Below are positions 61,962-64,000 of a DNA stretch of 64,000 nucleotides, piece by piece. Position numbers and translations under genes: made by a program. The DNA is taken from positions 59,682 through 123,681 of the forward strand of contig NIVC01002568.1 of NCBI GenBank assembly GCA_002269645.1, written 5' to 3'. A model generated the notes under the pieces. It saw nothing but the letters and a program-made list of their open reading frames with translations. It was not told where the DNA came from and did not search any database. This DNA is from Macrostomum lignano (taxonomy: Eukaryota). Positions within the stretch are counted from its first letter, which is position 1; each line of letters opens with the position of its first letter.

Positions 61962-62590
61962 GTGCAGCCGGCGGAACCTGACCGGCTCTCACCGCCTCCT
62001 GCGATTTGTGTCGGCCTGCCTGTCAGAGCACGCCAAAGCCTCTACAAACTTTGGCAACGGAACTGCAACACAGGGAAACCCAGAGCAGGCCGGACCCATG
62101 CCGCCATCCGCTGCCGCCGCCGGGGGCGCCGCTACCCGCACCGTCCATTGACCAGCTGTCGGAGTGACCCCATAGAGGCTGTGCTCAGGGGAGCTGGAGA
62201 ACCATCAGCAGCAGCCGCAGCCGCAGCAGCAGCAGCAGCGGCGTGCACTTTGCCCTCACCCGGCAGGCCGGGTACGCGCACTTTTTGCCGTGACGCGGGC
62301 CTGCAGTACGGCCCGACCGGCAGCCAAAACTCCAGACAGGAGTACTGCTCAGACTCTGAGCTGCATCACGGTTACGGGAGGCTCCCGGCGGGGGCGGCCG
62401 GTGCTTCGCCTCCGCCGAAGAGGTCACAGCCGCTGCCGACCGACTTGGCGCTATGGGGATCGGCCAACTGCCACCACCTCATCAGCGGTTGAACGAGCAG
62501 AACCATCTGTTCCACGGGCGGGCGCCGCGGCCCCAGACTATTATGGATACTCAGCAGCAGGGCCGTACGCTGCATACAGTGAGGCCACAC
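61962..62590 (+). CDS. GC-rich coding-like exon (Ala/Gln/Pro/Tyr low complexity), possibly the 5' end of a gene continuing beyond the window
   Basis: CAG/GCA triplet run, protein-like segments in two different frames, candidate donor ACA|GTGAGG at ~62580. No domain recognised and the frame is unresolved. Confidence 0.3.
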
Positions 62591-62669
62591 CACTCTCTTT
62601 GCCTATTGCCTCAGCGAGGATTTCGATCTCAATTCTTTGTAAACTCCCTTGTTCCCGCCTCCTCTCCAC

Positions 62670-64000
62670 TAGCATTCTGTGTCACTCTCACTGCCTCCTC
62701 TCCACCTCATAGCATTCTGTGTCACTCTCACTGCCTCCTCTCCACCTCATAGCATTCTGTGTCACTCTCACTGCCTCCTCTCCACCTCATAGCATTCTGT
62801 GTCACTCTCATTGCCTCCTCTTCACCTCCCAGCTCTGTGTCACTCTCACTGCCTCCTCTTCACCAGCATTCTGTGTCACTCTCACTGCTCCTCTTCACCC
62901 AGCATTCTGTGTCACTCTCACTGCCTCCTCTTCACCCAGCATTCTGTGTCACTCTCACTGCCTCCTCTCCACTCTCAGCATTTTGTGTCACTCTCACTGC
63001 CTCCTCTTCACCCAGCATTCTGTGTCACTCTCACTGCCTCCTCTCCACCTCTCAGCATTTTTGTGTCACTCTCACTGCCTCCTCTTCACCCAGCATTCTG
63101 TGTCACTCTCACTGCCTCCTCTCCACCTCCCAGCATTCTGTGCCAGCATTCTGTGTCACTCTCACTGCCTCCTCTCCACCTAGCATTCTGTGTCACTCTC
63201 ATTGTCCTCCTCTCCACCTCATAGCATTCTGTGTCACTCTCATTGCCTCCTCTCCACCTCTAGCATTCTGTGTCACTCTCTGCCTCCTCTCCACCTAGCA
63301 TTCTGTGTCACTCTCATTGCCTCCTCTCCACCTCCCAGCATTCTGTAGCATTCTGTGTCACTCTCACTGCCTCCTCTCACCTAGCATTTGTGTCACTCTC
63401 ATTGCCTCCTCTCCACTCTCATAGCATTCTGTGTCACTCTCATTGCCTCCTCTCCACCTAGCATTCTGTGTCACTCTCATTGCCTCCTCTCCACCTCATA
63501 GCATTCTGTGTCACTCTCATTGCCTCCTCTCCACCTCTCAGCATTTTTGTGTCACTCTCACTGCCTCCTCTTCACCCAGCATTCTGTGTCACTCTCACTG
63601 CCTCCTCTCCACCTCTCAGCATTTTTGTGTCACTCTCACTGCCTCCTCTTCCACCAGCATTCTGTGTCACTCTCACTTGCCTCCTCTCACCCCCAGCATT
63701 CTGTGCCAGCATTCTGTGTCACTTCACTGCTCCTCTCCACCTAGCATTCTGTGTCACTCTCATTGTCTCCTCTCCACCTCATAGCATTCTGTTGTCACTC
63801 TCATTGCCTCCTTCACCTCCCAGCATTCTGTGTCACTCTCACTGCCTCCTCTTCACTCCAGCATTCTGTGTCACTCTCACTGCCTCCTCTTCCACCCAGC
63901 ATTCTGTGTCACTCTCACTGCCTCCTCTCCACCTCTCAGCATTTTGTGTCACTCTCACTGCCTCCTCTCACAGCATTTTGTGTCACTCTCACTGCCTCCT
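62670..64000. repeat. Degenerate 35-41-bp pyrimidine-rich minisatellite running off the window end
   Basis: AGCATTCTGTGTCACTCTCACTGCCTCCTCTCCACCTCAT and variants. Confidence 0.95.

Noticed and set aside
62719-63784. Multiple long ORFs (SLSLPPLH / FCVTLTAS / LCHSHCLL)
   Set aside because: They are by-products of a stop-poor minisatellite, open in all three plus frames.

Overview
Eukaryotic (metazoan) genomic DNA: compact GC-rich multi-exon genes alternate with AT-rich, repeat-dense spacers. The style is reminiscent of a free-living flatworm such as Macrostomum, but the species is an inference only. Host genes supported by in-frame GT-AG exon chains or single ORFs: PAQR3-like (-, runs off the window start), an intronless clan-2 cytochrome P450 (-), a calmodulin-like EF-hand protein (-), SSUH2 (+, 6 exons), ZER1 (-, 3 exons), an ankyrin-array protein with two tandem STE11-like kinase domains (+), a long-chain acyl-CoA synthetase (-), and two poorly resolved genes near the window end. 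Mobile DNA: a tRNA-headed CORE-like SINE, a 5'-truncated Penelope-like element with a candidate minimal hammerhead ribozyme, a deleted Gypsy element, a probable solo LTR, two non-autonomous hAT elements with 8-bp TSDs, a degenerate Ngaro/DIRS tyrosine-recombinase retroelement and a LOA/R1-type LINE relic. There are many minisatellites and a 1.25-kb perfect (GATA)n array. The most unusual observations are (1) a ~310-bp MITE-like element carrying a 64-nt copy of the 28S rRNA helix-69 / R2 / I-PpoI target region, with an older second copy 4 kb away, and (2) the ankyrin + double-kinase gene, whose ankyrin stop codon lies inside a splice donor.
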